Source of the DNA: a bacterium
GTDB taxonomy: Bacteria; Actinomycetota; Acidimicrobiia; Spongiisociales; JAENVV01
Assembly (NCBI GenBank): GCA_024639975.1
Contig: JAHEFX010000002.1
Coordinates: 138 to 64,137, forward strand
DNA: 64,000 nt
Direction: 5' to 3'
The first letter of the stretch is position 1; every line of letters begins with the position of its first letter. Both the position numbers and the translations under genes were made by a program. The notes below the pieces were generated by a model. It was not told where the DNA came from. It saw only the letters and a list, made by a program, of their open reading frames with translations, and made no database searches. Positions 31,963 through 39,668 of the stretch are shown one piece after another.

Positions 31963-32703
31963 ATGCCCAGCGACACCGAAATCATCGTCTGCGACGACGT
32001 GAAGAAGTGGTACGGCGACTTCAACGTCCTCCGTGGGATCACCACCACGGTCAAGGAGGGCGAGGTCGTCGTGATCATCGGCCCGTCAGGGTCCGGCAAG
32101 TCCACCTTCATCCGATGCATCAACCGACTCGAGACCCATCAGGAAGGGCGGATCATCGTCGACGGGATCGAGCTCACCTCGGACGTCCGCAACGTCGAGG
32201 CGATCCGATCCGAGGTCGGGATGGTCTTCCAGTCGTTCAACCTCTTCCCGCACCTCACGGTGAAGCAGAACATCACGATGGCCCAGACCTGGGTGCGTGG
32301 CCGCCGCAAGTCGGAGGCCGACACCAAGGCGATGGAGCTGCTCGAGCGGGTCGGCATCCCCGAACAGGCCGACAAGTACCCCGGCCAGCTGTCGGGTGGC
32401 CAGCAGCAGCGCGTTGCGATTGCTCGTGCCCTGGCGATGGACCCCAAGGTCATGCTCTTCGACGAGCCGACCTCGGCCCTCGACCCCGAGATGATCAAAG
32501 AGGTGCTCGACGTGATGAAGGAGCTCGCCCGCACCGGCATGACGATGATGGTCGTCACCCACGAGATGGGCTTCGCCCGCGAGGTCGCCGACCGGGTGCT
32601 CTTCTTCGACTTCGGCCAGGTGGTGGAGGAGGGGACCCCCGAGCACTTCTTCACCAACCCCCAGCACGACCGCACCAAGCTCTTCTTGAGCCAGATCCTG
32701 TAG
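31963..32703 (+). CDS. Amino-acid ABC transporter ATP-binding protein (AapP/GlnQ-like)
   Basis: 'GPSGSGKST', '[32 protein letters not shown]' and 'VTHEMGFA' are present. Confidence 0.93.
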   Translation: MPSDTEIIVCDDVKKWYGDFNVLRGITTTVKEGEVVVIIGPSGSGKSTFIRCINRLETHQEGRIIVDGIELTSDVRNVEAIRSEVGMVFQSFNLFPHLTVKQNITMAQTWVRGRRKSEADTKAMELLERVGIPEQADKYPGQLSGGQQQRVAIARALAMDPKVMLFDEPTSALDPEMIKEVLDVMKELARTGMTMMVVTHEMGFAREVADRVLFFDFGQVVEEGTPEHFFTNPQHDRTKLFLSQIL

Positions 32704-32722
32704 CCAGGCTGCAGAGTTCCCG

Positions 32723-32758
32723 AAGGGGGTCCCGGGGCCATCGGCCCCGGGACCCCTT
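32723..32758 (+). terminator. Strong GC hairpin after the aap operon (AAGGGGGTCCCGGGGCC-atc-GGCCCCGGGACCCCTT)
   Basis: A 16-bp stem with one bulged G lies 20 nt after the aapP-like stop. Confidence 0.7.
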
Positions 32759-32793
32759 GCTCATGTAGTGAGAGCGATCAGGTTTACAATGAC

Positions 32794-32813
32794 CTGTAGT
32801 ATATTCACTACAG
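32794..32813. promoter_or_regulatory. Perfect inverted repeat CTGTAGT-atattc-ACTACAG in an AT-rich promoter region
   Basis: It lies 23 nt upstream of ATG 32836. TACAAT (32785..32790) and TAGTAT (32797..32802) -10-like hexamers adjoin it. It is probably the operator of the downstream XRE regulator. Confidence 0.5.
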
Positions 32814-32835
32814 ATCACCGCAATAGAGGTACATC

Positions 32836-33225
32836 ATGCGAACTACTGCCTGGGGAACGATCCTCGTGCTCGCCGCCATACCGATCGTCGGCGCCCAGAC
32901 CGAGTCCTGGCTCGCCGTCGGGGTGGTCTCCGCGGTTGCGCTCCTGGGAGCGTTCGTCGTCGCGCTCGGGTCTCGGCGCCTCGCGGACTTGGGGGGTGCC
33001 GGGCTCGATGAACGTCAGGAGGCACAGCGCAACGCCCGCTACCGACCCGTCTATTGGGCTGTCACGATCGTCCTGGGGTCGGTGCTCTTCACGCTGGTGG
33101 TCCGCGACGTCGGGGGCGTCACGGCGGGGTCCATTGCCGTGTCGGCGCTTGGGGCGGTGTTCTTCCTCCCGGTCTTCGCCCGAACCCTCGAGCAGGCCAA
33201 GGAGTCGATCGATGCCGAAGCCTGA
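32836..33225 (+). CDS. Small four-TM membrane protein (partner of the XRE regulator)
   Basis: The 129-aa product has hydrophobic segments and an AGAGG SD. It overlaps the following HTH gene by 14 nt. Confidence 0.65.
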   Translation: MRTTAWGTILVLAAIPIVGAQTESWLAVGVVSAVALLGAFVVALGSRRLADLGGAGLDERQEAQRNARYRPVYWAVTIVLGSVLFTLVVRDVGGVTAGSIAVSALGAVFFLPVFARTLEQAKESIDAEA

Positions 33226-33454
33226 TCGGCCGGCGTTCCACAGCCGACTCCGCCTGCTTCGTACCGAGCGAGCCCTGTCCCGCAAGGAGGTCGCAGCAGC
33301 CGTCGGTGTGCACTACCAGACCATCGGCTACATCGAGCGGGGGGAGTACAGCCCGAACATCGAACTGGTCCTGCGCCTGGCGCGGCACTTCGAGGTGCCG
33401 GTCGAGGCGATCTTCTCGCTCGACCCCTACCCATCGATCGCGGACGGGGGTTGA
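33212..33454 (+). CDS. XRE-family helix-turn-helix transcriptional regulator (80 aa)
   Basis: 'RLRLLRTERALSRKEVAAAVGVHYQTIGYIERGEYSPNIELVLRLARHFEVPVEAIF' is a canonical Cro/C1 HTH. It is read from the 32768..33454 frame starting at ATG 33212. Confidence 0.85.
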   Translation: MPKPDRPAFHSRLRLLRTERALSRKEVAAAVGVHYQTIGYIERGEYSPNIELVLRLARHFEVPVEAIFSLDPYPSIADGG

Positions 33455-33475
33455 GTGCTCGATGGTCTCTTGCAC

Positions 33476-33505
33476 TTGACAATACCTTGCAACACAAAGT
33501 ATCAT
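33476..33505 (+). promoter_or_regulatory. Near-consensus promoter TTGACA-N18-TATCAT driving a leaderless padR
   Basis: TTGACA lies at 33476..33481 and TATCAT at 33500..33505. ATG 33513 follows 7 nt downstream. Confidence 0.6.
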
Positions 33506-33512
33506 GTACCGC

Positions 33513-33854
33513 ATGCCGGAACACCGGACGCAGGTCCTCAAGGGCGTGCTCGATGTCTGCCTGCTGGCCCTCATCGCCGAGGAGCCGAGCTATGGCTACG
33601 AGATGGTGGAGAAGCTCTCGACCAGGGGGCTCCCGCTCGTCGCCGACGGGTCCATCTACCCGTCACTCTCGAGGCTCCAGAAGCAGGGGCTGGCCGAGGG
33701 CTACTTCGAAGAGCACGAGGGCGGGGGCCCGCCCCGGAAGTACTACCGGATCACCCGCGACGGGGAGGTCATGCTCTCGGCCTGGACGGCCGAGTGGACC
33801 GAGCTCTCCCGGGGTGTGGATAGCGTGTTGGGAGGAGGTGCACGAGGTGCCTGA
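33513..33854 (+). CDS. PadR family transcriptional regulator
   Basis: 'VLKGVLDVCLLALIAEEPSYGYEMVEKL......DGSIYPSLSRLQKQGL....' and 'RKYYRITRDG' are present. I prefer ATG 33513 over 33504 because 33504 lies inside the -10 hexamer. Confidence 0.88.
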   Translation: MPEHRTQVLKGVLDVCLLALIAEEPSYGYEMVEKLSTRGLPLVADGSIYPSLSRLQKQGLAEGYFEEHEGGGPPRKYYRITRDGEVMLSAWTAEWTELSRGVDSVLGGGARGA

Positions 33855-34632
33855 ACGCAAGGACGAGCTGCTGGAGGCCGCCAGCTCCTATTGGGCCGCA
33901 ACGAACGTGCCGCCGTCCGTCGTGCAGGGCATGCGAGCCGAGCTGGAGGTCCACCTCCGGGAGGCCCAGACCCACGGCAGGTCGGTCGACGACGTCGTCG
34001 GCCCCGACCCGGCGAGGTTCGCCGAGCAGTGGGCCGAAGTGCACCGCCCCTACGTGCCCGGCATGCCGACGTGGGAAGAGACGACGACGCCCGTCGGGAA
34101 GCGGACCATCTCGAGTGGTCCGATACTGGCGACACTGGCAACGGCCGTGGCGTTCGTCGCAATCGGATTGGTTTTCGGACAAGAAGAGGAGGTGTCCATG
34201 GACGACATCGAGAACTGGCGATGGATCTGGACCGGGCTTGCCGTCGTGTTCGGCATCGGGGAGATGCTCACCGCGGGCTTCTTCCTCCTGCCGTTCGCCG
34301 TCGGTGCGGCGGTATCGGCCGTACTTGCCTGGGTCGGAGTCGGAGTGGCCTGGCAATGGGCTGCATTCCTGGTGACGTCGGTCGTCGGATTGGTCTTCAT
34401 GCGTCGGTTCACCGCCGACGAGCAGCCCGGGCCGAACATCGGTGCCAACCGCTACACCGGGGCCGGGGGCACCATCATCGAGGCCATCGACCCGACCTCC
34501 GGCACGGGTTCGGTGCGGATCGAGACGGAGGTGTGGCGGGCATTCGCCGACGAGCCGATCGAGGCCGGCACCGCCGTGCGCATCCTCTCCGTGTCGGGGA
34601 CCCGGATGCGCGTCGAACGAGTCAACGAGTAA
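33847..34632 (+). CDS. Fusion protein: PadR-associated helical N-module (DUF1700-like) + TM + NfeD-family membrane/OB-fold domain
   Basis: GTG 33847 lies 9 nt after GGAGGAGG and overlaps the padR stop. The N-module reads 'MRAELEVHLREAQTHGRSVDDVVGPDPARFAEQWA'. The C-terminus carries NfeD TM helices and 'GAGGTIIEAIDP..GTGSVRIETEVWRAFADEPIEAGTAVRILSVSGTRMRVERV'. An internal in-frame ATG 34198 is preceded by AGAGGAGG. Confidence 0.7.
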   Translation: MPERKDELLEAASSYWAATNVPPSVVQGMRAELEVHLREAQTHGRSVDDVVGPDPARFAEQWAEVHRPYVPGMPTWEETTTPVGKRTISSGPILATLATAVAFVAIGLVFGQEEEVSMDDIENWRWIWTGLAVVFGIGEMLTAGFFLLPFAVGAAVSAVLAWVGVGVAWQWAAFLVTSVVGLVFMRRFTADEQPGPNIGANRYTGAGGTIIEAIDPTSGTGSVRIETEVWRAFADEPIEAGTAVRILSVSGTRMRVERVNE

Positions 34633-34656
34633 CGAGACAGAGAGAGAGGAGCAGAC

Positions 34657-35574
34657 ATGGCAGGACAGATACTGCTGGTCGTCATTGCGCTCTTCGTGCT
34701 GATCTACGCGGCGAGCGCACTGCGCATCATCCGCCAGTACGAGAAGGGACTGGTCGAGCGATTCGGCCGGTATGCGAAGACGATCGAGCCGGGCCTGAAC
34801 TTCATCATCCCGTTCATCGACCGGATCGTGAAGGTCGACATGCGTGAGCAGGTGGTCGACGTGCCCCCCCAGGACGTGATCACCCGGGACAACGTGGTGG
34901 TGACGGTCGACGCCGTCGTGTATTACCAGCCCACCGATCCGGTGAAGCTGCAGTACAACGTCGCCAATTTCATCGCCGCCGCGACGAAGCTCGCCCAGAC
35001 GAACCTCAGGAACATCGTCGGTGACCTGGACCTCGATGGTGCGTTGACGAGCCGTGAGCTCATCAACACGCAGCTCCGTGAGGTGCTCGATGATGCCACC
35101 GACCCCTGGGGTACCCGGATCGTGCGCGTCGAGATCCAGCGGATCGAGCCGCCGCCGGACGTCACCAGCGCCATGCACCGTCAGATGAAGGCCGAGCGTG
35201 ATCGCCGTGCCTCCATCCTCGAGGCGGAGGGTGACAAGCAGTCGGAGATCCTCAAAGCCGAGGGTGTCAAGACTGCAGCCATCCTGCGGGCCGAAGGTGA
35301 GGCGGCAGCCATCCGTGAGGTGGCCGACGCCCAGCGCTTCGAGAAGCTGACGGTTGCCTCGGGTGAGGCAGACGCCATCCGCTCGGTCTTCCAGGCCATC
35401 CACGACGGTGATGCCTCGGACGACGTGATCGCCATTCGGTACCTGGAAGCCCTCCAGGGCATCGCCGACGGCAACGCCACGAAGATCTTCCTGCCGCTCG
35501 ACACGAGCGGGGTGCTGGGAGCCGTGGCCGCCATGGGCGAGATGTTCAACAAGGGCGCCGACCAGGACGCCTGA
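34657..35574 (+). CDS. SPFH/Band-7 (stomatin-like, QmcA/YbbK-type) protein
   Basis: An N-terminal TM helix is followed by '[21 protein letters not shown]', 'TRDNV.V.VDAVVYY', and a coiled Ala/Glu-rich region. Confidence 0.92.
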   Translation: MAGQILLVVIALFVLIYAASALRIIRQYEKGLVERFGRYAKTIEPGLNFIIPFIDRIVKVDMREQVVDVPPQDVITRDNVVVTVDAVVYYQPTDPVKLQYNVANFIAAATKLAQTNLRNIVGDLDLDGALTSRELINTQLREVLDDATDPWGTRIVRVEIQRIEPPPDVTSAMHRQMKAERDRRASILEAEGDKQSEILKAEGVKTAAILRAEGEAAAIREVADAQRFEKLTVASGEADAIRSVFQAIHDGDASDDVIAIRYLEALQGIADGNATKIFLPLDTSGVLGAVAAMGEMFNKGADQDA

Positions 35575-35611
35575 TCGCCCGAACCCCGGGCTCGGCGACG
35601 AGCTCGACGCA

Positions 35612-35643
35612 AAGGACCCCCGGCCGGCAAGCCGGGGGTCCTT
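35612..35643. terminator. Bidirectional hairpin AAGGACCCCCGGC-cggcaa-GCCGGGGGTCCTT
   Basis: A perfect 13-bp stem lies between the convergent SPFH gene (+) and the ABC-2 permease (-). Confidence 0.7.
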
Positions 35644-35678
35644 GCTCGTTCAGCGGTGCCCTGGAGGAAGCCCCGCCT

Positions 35679-36455
35679 TCACCCGCGACGTGAGATGACC
35701 CGGAAGGCCACGGCCCAACTGGCCACCGCCCACGCCCCGAGCACCAGCCAATGGCCGGCGGTCTCCGTTACGAAGCCTTCGGTGAGTGAGGAGCGAAGCA
35801 CCTCTGCCATGTGCCAGAACGGCAGGATTCGGTGGGCGGCGGCGAGCCCGTCCGGGAACTGGTCGATGGGCACGACGATCGGCGAGAACATCAACACCCC
35901 GAAGATGAGCATGTTCGTGAGAAGGTTCACCAGGCGCGGGTTCGACACGCCGTGCCCGACGGCGAAGCCCACCGACGTGGCCATGGCCGAGACCGCGAGC
36001 ACGGCTGGGACCAGTGTCCAGCCCGGTGTGAGGCTGATGTCATAGACCAGCACCGATACCCCGAGCGCCACTGCCGTGCCGGGTATCGCGAGTCCGGTGA
36101 AGAGCGTCAGCGTCGAGAGCGCCGCGGCCGAACGGGGAACGGGCAGGCTCCACGTGTAGTCGTAGGTCTCCTCCCAGCGCTGGTCGGCGATGACGCCCGG
36201 GACCAGCACGAAGCCGATCGGAAAGAGCGCCAGTGCCGGGATGCCAGCCACCAGGTAGGTGGCCGCCTGGGCCGGGATGTCGCCGAGGTAGAGCCCATAC
36301 ATCACACCCATGCCCGCTCCCATCAGGGTCTGGATGAGCAAGGTGGTGATGAGCCAGGTGCGAAGCGCGGTGGCATCCCGTCTGAGCATCAGCCCGTAGG
36401 ACCGCATCCAGTTGGCGCTTCCGGTGCGAGGGGCAGGAATGGCAGGGGAGGTCAT
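35679..36455 (-). CDS. ABC-2 type exporter permease (258 aa)
   Basis: It has a six-TM profile. The start is the internal ATG 36455, which overlaps the stop of the upstream permease (ATGA). The rest of the 501-aa ORF is Arg/Pro-rich noise. Confidence 0.8.
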   Translation of the reverse strand: MTSPAIPAPRTGSANWMRSYGLMLRRDATALRTWLITTLLIQTLMGAGMGVMYGLYLGDIPAQAATYLVAGIPALALFPIGFVLVPGVIADQRWEETYDYTWSLPVPRSAAALSTLTLFTGLAIPGTAVALGVSVLVYDISLTPGWTLVPAVLAVSAMATSVGFAVGHGVSNPRLVNLLTNMLIFGVLMFSPIVVPIDQFPDGLAAAHRILPFWHMAEVLRSSLTEGFVTETAGHWLVLGAWAVASWAVAFRVISRRG

Positions 36456-37228
36456 GGGCGCCTCCCGAGCGACCAGCTCGCGAGTGCCACGGCGGCTGCC
36501 GTCCAGATGGCCAACACGGCATAGGCCCGACCCACTTCCGTGGCCAGTCCGTCGGTGAGCCCGTCGCGGATCACGACTGCCATCGATTCGAACGGGAGCC
36601 ATCGGTGTGCGGATGCCAGCCAGTCGGGCAGCTGTTCGGCGGGATAGGCGATGGGTGAGAAGCCGAAGACCACGAAGATGAGTAGTTGGGCGACGGCGTT
36701 CACCGTGCGGGGGTTCGGGATGGCGTAGGCGTAGGCGACGCCCACCATCGTCGCGCCGAACACGACCAGTACGACTGCTGGGACGATCGGCCAGGACACG
36801 GCGAGCTCGACGTCGTAGCGGAGGGTGGCGGCGAGGAGTGCCGAAACGATGCCCGGTAGGACCGTCACCAGATTGAGGACCATCCATCCCATGGTCGCCG
36901 CCGACCGGGGGACCGGCAGGGCCGCCATGTACTCCGCCGACCCCGAGATCCGTTCCTGGGAGAGGATTTGGGGACCCATCACGATGCCGACGGTGATGAG
37001 GCTGATCGTGACGGCGCCGGTCGTCAGGTAGAGGACCCGTTCGGGGGGCAGGTCGCCGTAGAGGAGACCCATGCCGATGACGATCCCGGTCGTCGACAGG
37101 ACCTGGACGACCATGGTGATCGGGAGGAGCCGGCGGAGGCGGGTGACCTGCCATCGGGTCAGGTTGCCGAAGGCATCCAGCCAATGGTCGACGCCGGACC
37201 GTCGGGCCGGGATCGTGGCCGCCGTCAC
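36452..37228 (-). CDS. ABC-2 type exporter permease (258 aa), paralog of the previous gene
   Basis: GTG 37228 overlaps the ATPase stop (GTGA). The TM profile and length match the neighbouring permease. Confidence 0.8.
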   Translation of the reverse strand: MTAATIPARRSGVDHWLDAFGNLTRWQVTRLRRLLPITMVVQVLSTTGIVIGMGLLYGDLPPERVLYLTTGAVTISLITVGIVMGPQILSQERISGSAEYMAALPVPRSAATMGWMVLNLVTVLPGIVSALLAATLRYDVELAVSWPIVPAVVLVVFGATMVGVAYAYAIPNPRTVNAVAQLLIFVVFGFSPIAYPAEQLPDWLASAHRWLPFESMAVVIRDGLTDGLATEVGRAYAVLAIWTAAAVALASWSLGRRP

Positions 37229-38175
37229 GAGGCCACCGCCTCGACCGTGGTGAGCCGCACGTAGACGTCCTCGAGGGAGGTGGCCCCGAGGGCGTACTCC
37301 TCGGCGACGCCTTCGGTCATGAGACCCTGGGCCCAGTCGAGCCCGGCGGGGACATCGGGTTCTGAGACCGTCGTGACCAACGTGTTCCCGACTCGCGCCT
37401 CGGCCCGCAACCACGCCGGTAGGGCCGGGTCGTCCACGCCCGGGGTGAGCATCACCTGCAGGCGCAGGAGGTCCCGGTCGGCAGCCTTGAGCGACGATGG
37501 CGTGCCTTCGGCGACGGTCCGGCCATCGTCGATGATGGCCAGGCGATCCACCGACTTCTCGGCCTCGAGCACGTTGTGCGTCACGAGGATCACGGCGACT
37601 TCCTCATCGCCGAGGCGGCGAATGCGTTCCCAGAGCAGCCGCCGGCGCCTTGGGTCCACGTCGTTGGTGGGCTCGTCGAGGATGACGAGGGGAGCCGGGT
37701 GGACGATCGTCATGGCGAACCCGACCAGACGCCGGACTCCGCCGGAGAGCTTGGCACCCAGCGTGTCCCGCCATTCCTCGAGCTCGAGGTCGTCGATGAG
37801 CTCCTCGGTCCGGGCCCGCACGGTGGACTTCTCGCCCCCACGGATCCGACCGGCCAGCTCGATGGCCTCGTGGACCTTGAAGGACTCGATCGGGACCGGG
37901 GCCTGCGGCAGGTATGAGCAGAGTTGACGGGCGTGGTCGGGGTCGGCGACGAGGTCGTACCCACCGAGCTCGATCGTGCCCGACGTGGGGGCGAGGAGTC
38001 CCACGACCTGCTTGACCAGGGTGGTCTTGCCGGCTCCGTTGGGACCGAGCAGCCCGAAGACCTCACCGGGTTCGATGCGCAGGGTGATGCCGTCATTGGC
38101 CCACTTCTCGCCGTCGTAGCTCTTGCGCAGGTCGTCTATCTCGAACACCCAAGGGGGTGCAATGCGTGAAACCAC
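37225..38175 (-). CDS. ABC transporter ATP-binding protein (DrrA/ABC-2 type)
   Basis: 'GLLGPNGAGKTT', 'LSGGVRRLVGFA' and 'LILDEPTNDVDP' are present. I favour GTG 38175 (GGAGG 8 nt upstream). The ORF track begins at TTG 38190. Confidence 0.88.
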   Translation of the reverse strand: MVSRIAPPWVFEIDDLRKSYDGEKWANDGITLRIEPGEVFGLLGPNGAGKTTLVKQVVGLLAPTSGTIELGGYDLVADPDHARQLCSYLPQAPVPIESFKVHEAIELAGRIRGGEKSTVRARTEELIDDLELEEWRDTLGAKLSGGVRRLVGFAMTIVHPAPLVILDEPTNDVDPRRRRLLWERIRRLGDEEVAVILVTHNVLEAEKSVDRLAIIDDGRTVAEGTPSSLKAADRDLLRLQVMLTPGVDDPALPAWLRAEARVGNTLVTTVSEPDVPAGLDWAQGLMTEGVAEEYALGATSLEDVYVRLTTVEAVAS

Positions 38176-38193
38176 TATCTCTGCCTCCAATCT

Positions 38194-38223
38194 GATGTCA
38201 GAATGATGTCAGGATGATGTCGA
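38194..38223. repeat. Three direct repeats of GATGTC(A/G)(G/A) at exact 11-bp spacing
   Basis: GATGTCAG lies at 38194, GATGTCAG at 38205 and GATGTCGA at 38216. They sit just upstream of the SD of the ABC ATPase, in the divergent region shared with tetR. Confidence 0.6.
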
Positions 38224-38250
38224 CTCGTCAACCCAGTTCGTCGGCCGCCC

Positions 38251-38268
38251 ACCTAACAGTTGTTAGGT
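38251..38268. promoter_or_regulatory. Palindrome ACCTAACA-gt-TGTTAGGT (probable TetR operator) overlapping the tetR -10
   Basis: The arms are a perfect 8 bp. The right arm runs into TAAGGT (38268..38273), 6 nt before GTG 38280. Confidence 0.6.
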
Positions 38269-38279
38269 AAGGTGGCGCC

Positions 38280-38876
38280 GTGACCGACGAACCACTCAAC
38301 GGACGAATCAGGATCCTCGACGAGGCGGCCCGCCTCTTCCTCTCCCGGGGCTACGCCGAGACCACGTTGCGCGACATCGCCGATGCCGCCGGTGTGAAGG
38401 CCGGGTCGATCTACTACCACTTCGACTCGAAGGAGGATCTCCTCGGCGAGATCCTCGACCAGGGCATCAGCCGTATCACCACGACGCTGGACGAGGCGCT
38501 GGCCCAGGCCCCCGACGACCCGGCGTCGCGGCTGGAGGTCGCCATCGGCGCCCACCTGTCGGCACTCTTCGAACATGGCCCCTACACCGCCGCCCACGTC
38601 GGGGTCTTCCACGGTGCGCCCGAGTCCGTCCGGCGGGCGGGGGTCCCTGCTCGGGACGCCTACGAGAAGCGCTGGACGGATCTGATCGGCGAAGCGGCCG
38701 AGGTCGGACTCGTCGACCCCGCCCTCGATCGGAATGTCGCCCGGGTCGCGCTGCTCGGCATGATGAACGCCACGCTCGACTGGTATCGCCCCGACGGACC
38801 CGCCGGCCTCGACCAGGTGGCGGAGACGATGTCGGGGATCGGCCTCCGCGGTCTGCTCGCTGGAGGTGGCGCATGA
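38280..38876 (+). CDS. TetR/AcrR family transcriptional regulator
   Basis: 'RILDEAARLFLSRGYAETTLRDIADAAGVKAGSIYYHFDSKEDLL' is present. Confidence 0.9.
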   Translation: MTDEPLNGRIRILDEAARLFLSRGYAETTLRDIADAAGVKAGSIYYHFDSKEDLLGEILDQGISRITTTLDEALAQAPDDPASRLEVAIGAHLSALFEHGPYTAAHVGVFHGAPESVRRAGVPARDAYEKRWTDLIGEAAEVGLVDPALDRNVARVALLGMMNATLDWYRPDGPAGLDQVAETMSGIGLRGLLAGGGA

Positions 38877-39658
38877 GCCTCCCCGACCTCGCCCAGACGC
38901 TGTATGCGGTCGACGACCGTGGTGTGGCCACGGCCACGTTCAACCGGCCCGAGAGGCACAACGCCATGAACCCCGGATTCATGGCGGACCTCCACGCCGT
39001 CATGGACCACGTGACCGGCTCTGACGTCCGCGCCCTCGTCCTGACCGGGGCGGGGGAGTCGTTCTGCTCCGGCGCCGACCTCACCTGGATGGCGACCCAG
39101 GTCGGCCTGTCGTATGCCGAGCGGGTCGAGAGCTCCGGTGCGATCGCCTCGCTGCTCGGACGGTTGAACGCCCTCCCGGTCCTCACGATCGCCCGGGTCA
39201 ATGGGCCGGCCTACGGCGGCGGCGTCGGGATCATCGCCGCGTGCGACATGGCCTTTGCGGTCCCCACGGCGCGGATGGCGCTCACCGAGGTCACCCTCGG
39301 CCTCGCCCCCTCGAACATCTCGCCCTACGTGGTCAAGCGCATGGGTGCGGCGAACGCCCGGCGGACCTTCCTCAACGCCAAGCGGATGGACGCCGCGATG
39401 GCAGCCGACCTCGGCCTGGTCACCGGCGTCGCCGAAGATGTGGACGCGGTCATCGAGGCCGAATTGAAGGGCCTGCTTCGAGCCGGCCCCGACGCGGTCG
39501 CGGCCACCAAAGAACTCATCGCCTACGTCGACACCCACGACCGCGAGGCCAATGCCGACTACGCCGCCCGCCACCTCGCCGATGCCTGGGAGCGTGCCGA
39601 GGGCAAGGAGGGCATCGCCGCGTTCATCGAGAAGCGACCGCCCTCGTGGCGGGCCTGA
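38873..39658 (+). CDS. Enoyl-CoA hydratase/isomerase (crotonase) family protein
   Basis: 'ATFNRPERHNAMN', 'LVLTGAG.SFCSGADL', 'ARVNGPAYGGGVG' and 'EGKEGIAAFIEKRPP' are present. Confidence 0.9.
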   Translation: MSLPDLAQTLYAVDDRGVATATFNRPERHNAMNPGFMADLHAVMDHVTGSDVRALVLTGAGESFCSGADLTWMATQVGLSYAERVESSGAIASLLGRLNALPVLTIARVNGPAYGGGVGIIAACDMAFAVPTARMALTEVTLGLAPSNISPYVVKRMGAANARRTFLNAKRMDAAMAADLGLVTGVAEDVDAVIEAELKGLLRAGPDAVAATKELIAYVDTHDREANADYAARHLADAWERAEGKEGIAAFIEKRPPSWRA

Positions 39659-39668
39659 AGGAGACCTG

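Noticed and set aside
33451-33846. The ORF track shows a 393-aa ORF (33451..34632). That would give the NfeD-fusion protein a 130-aa N-terminal extension overlapping padR.
   Set aside because: That segment lies out of frame over the well-supported padR gene and translates to Arg/Ser/Pro-rich sequence. GTG 33847, with a GGAGGAGG SD, is the credible start.
38194-38223. I considered whether the GATGTCAG tandem repeats could be a CRISPR-like or other arrayed element.
   Set aside because: There are only three 8-11-nt units with no spacers and no cas genes. The size and position fit a regulatory direct-repeat array.
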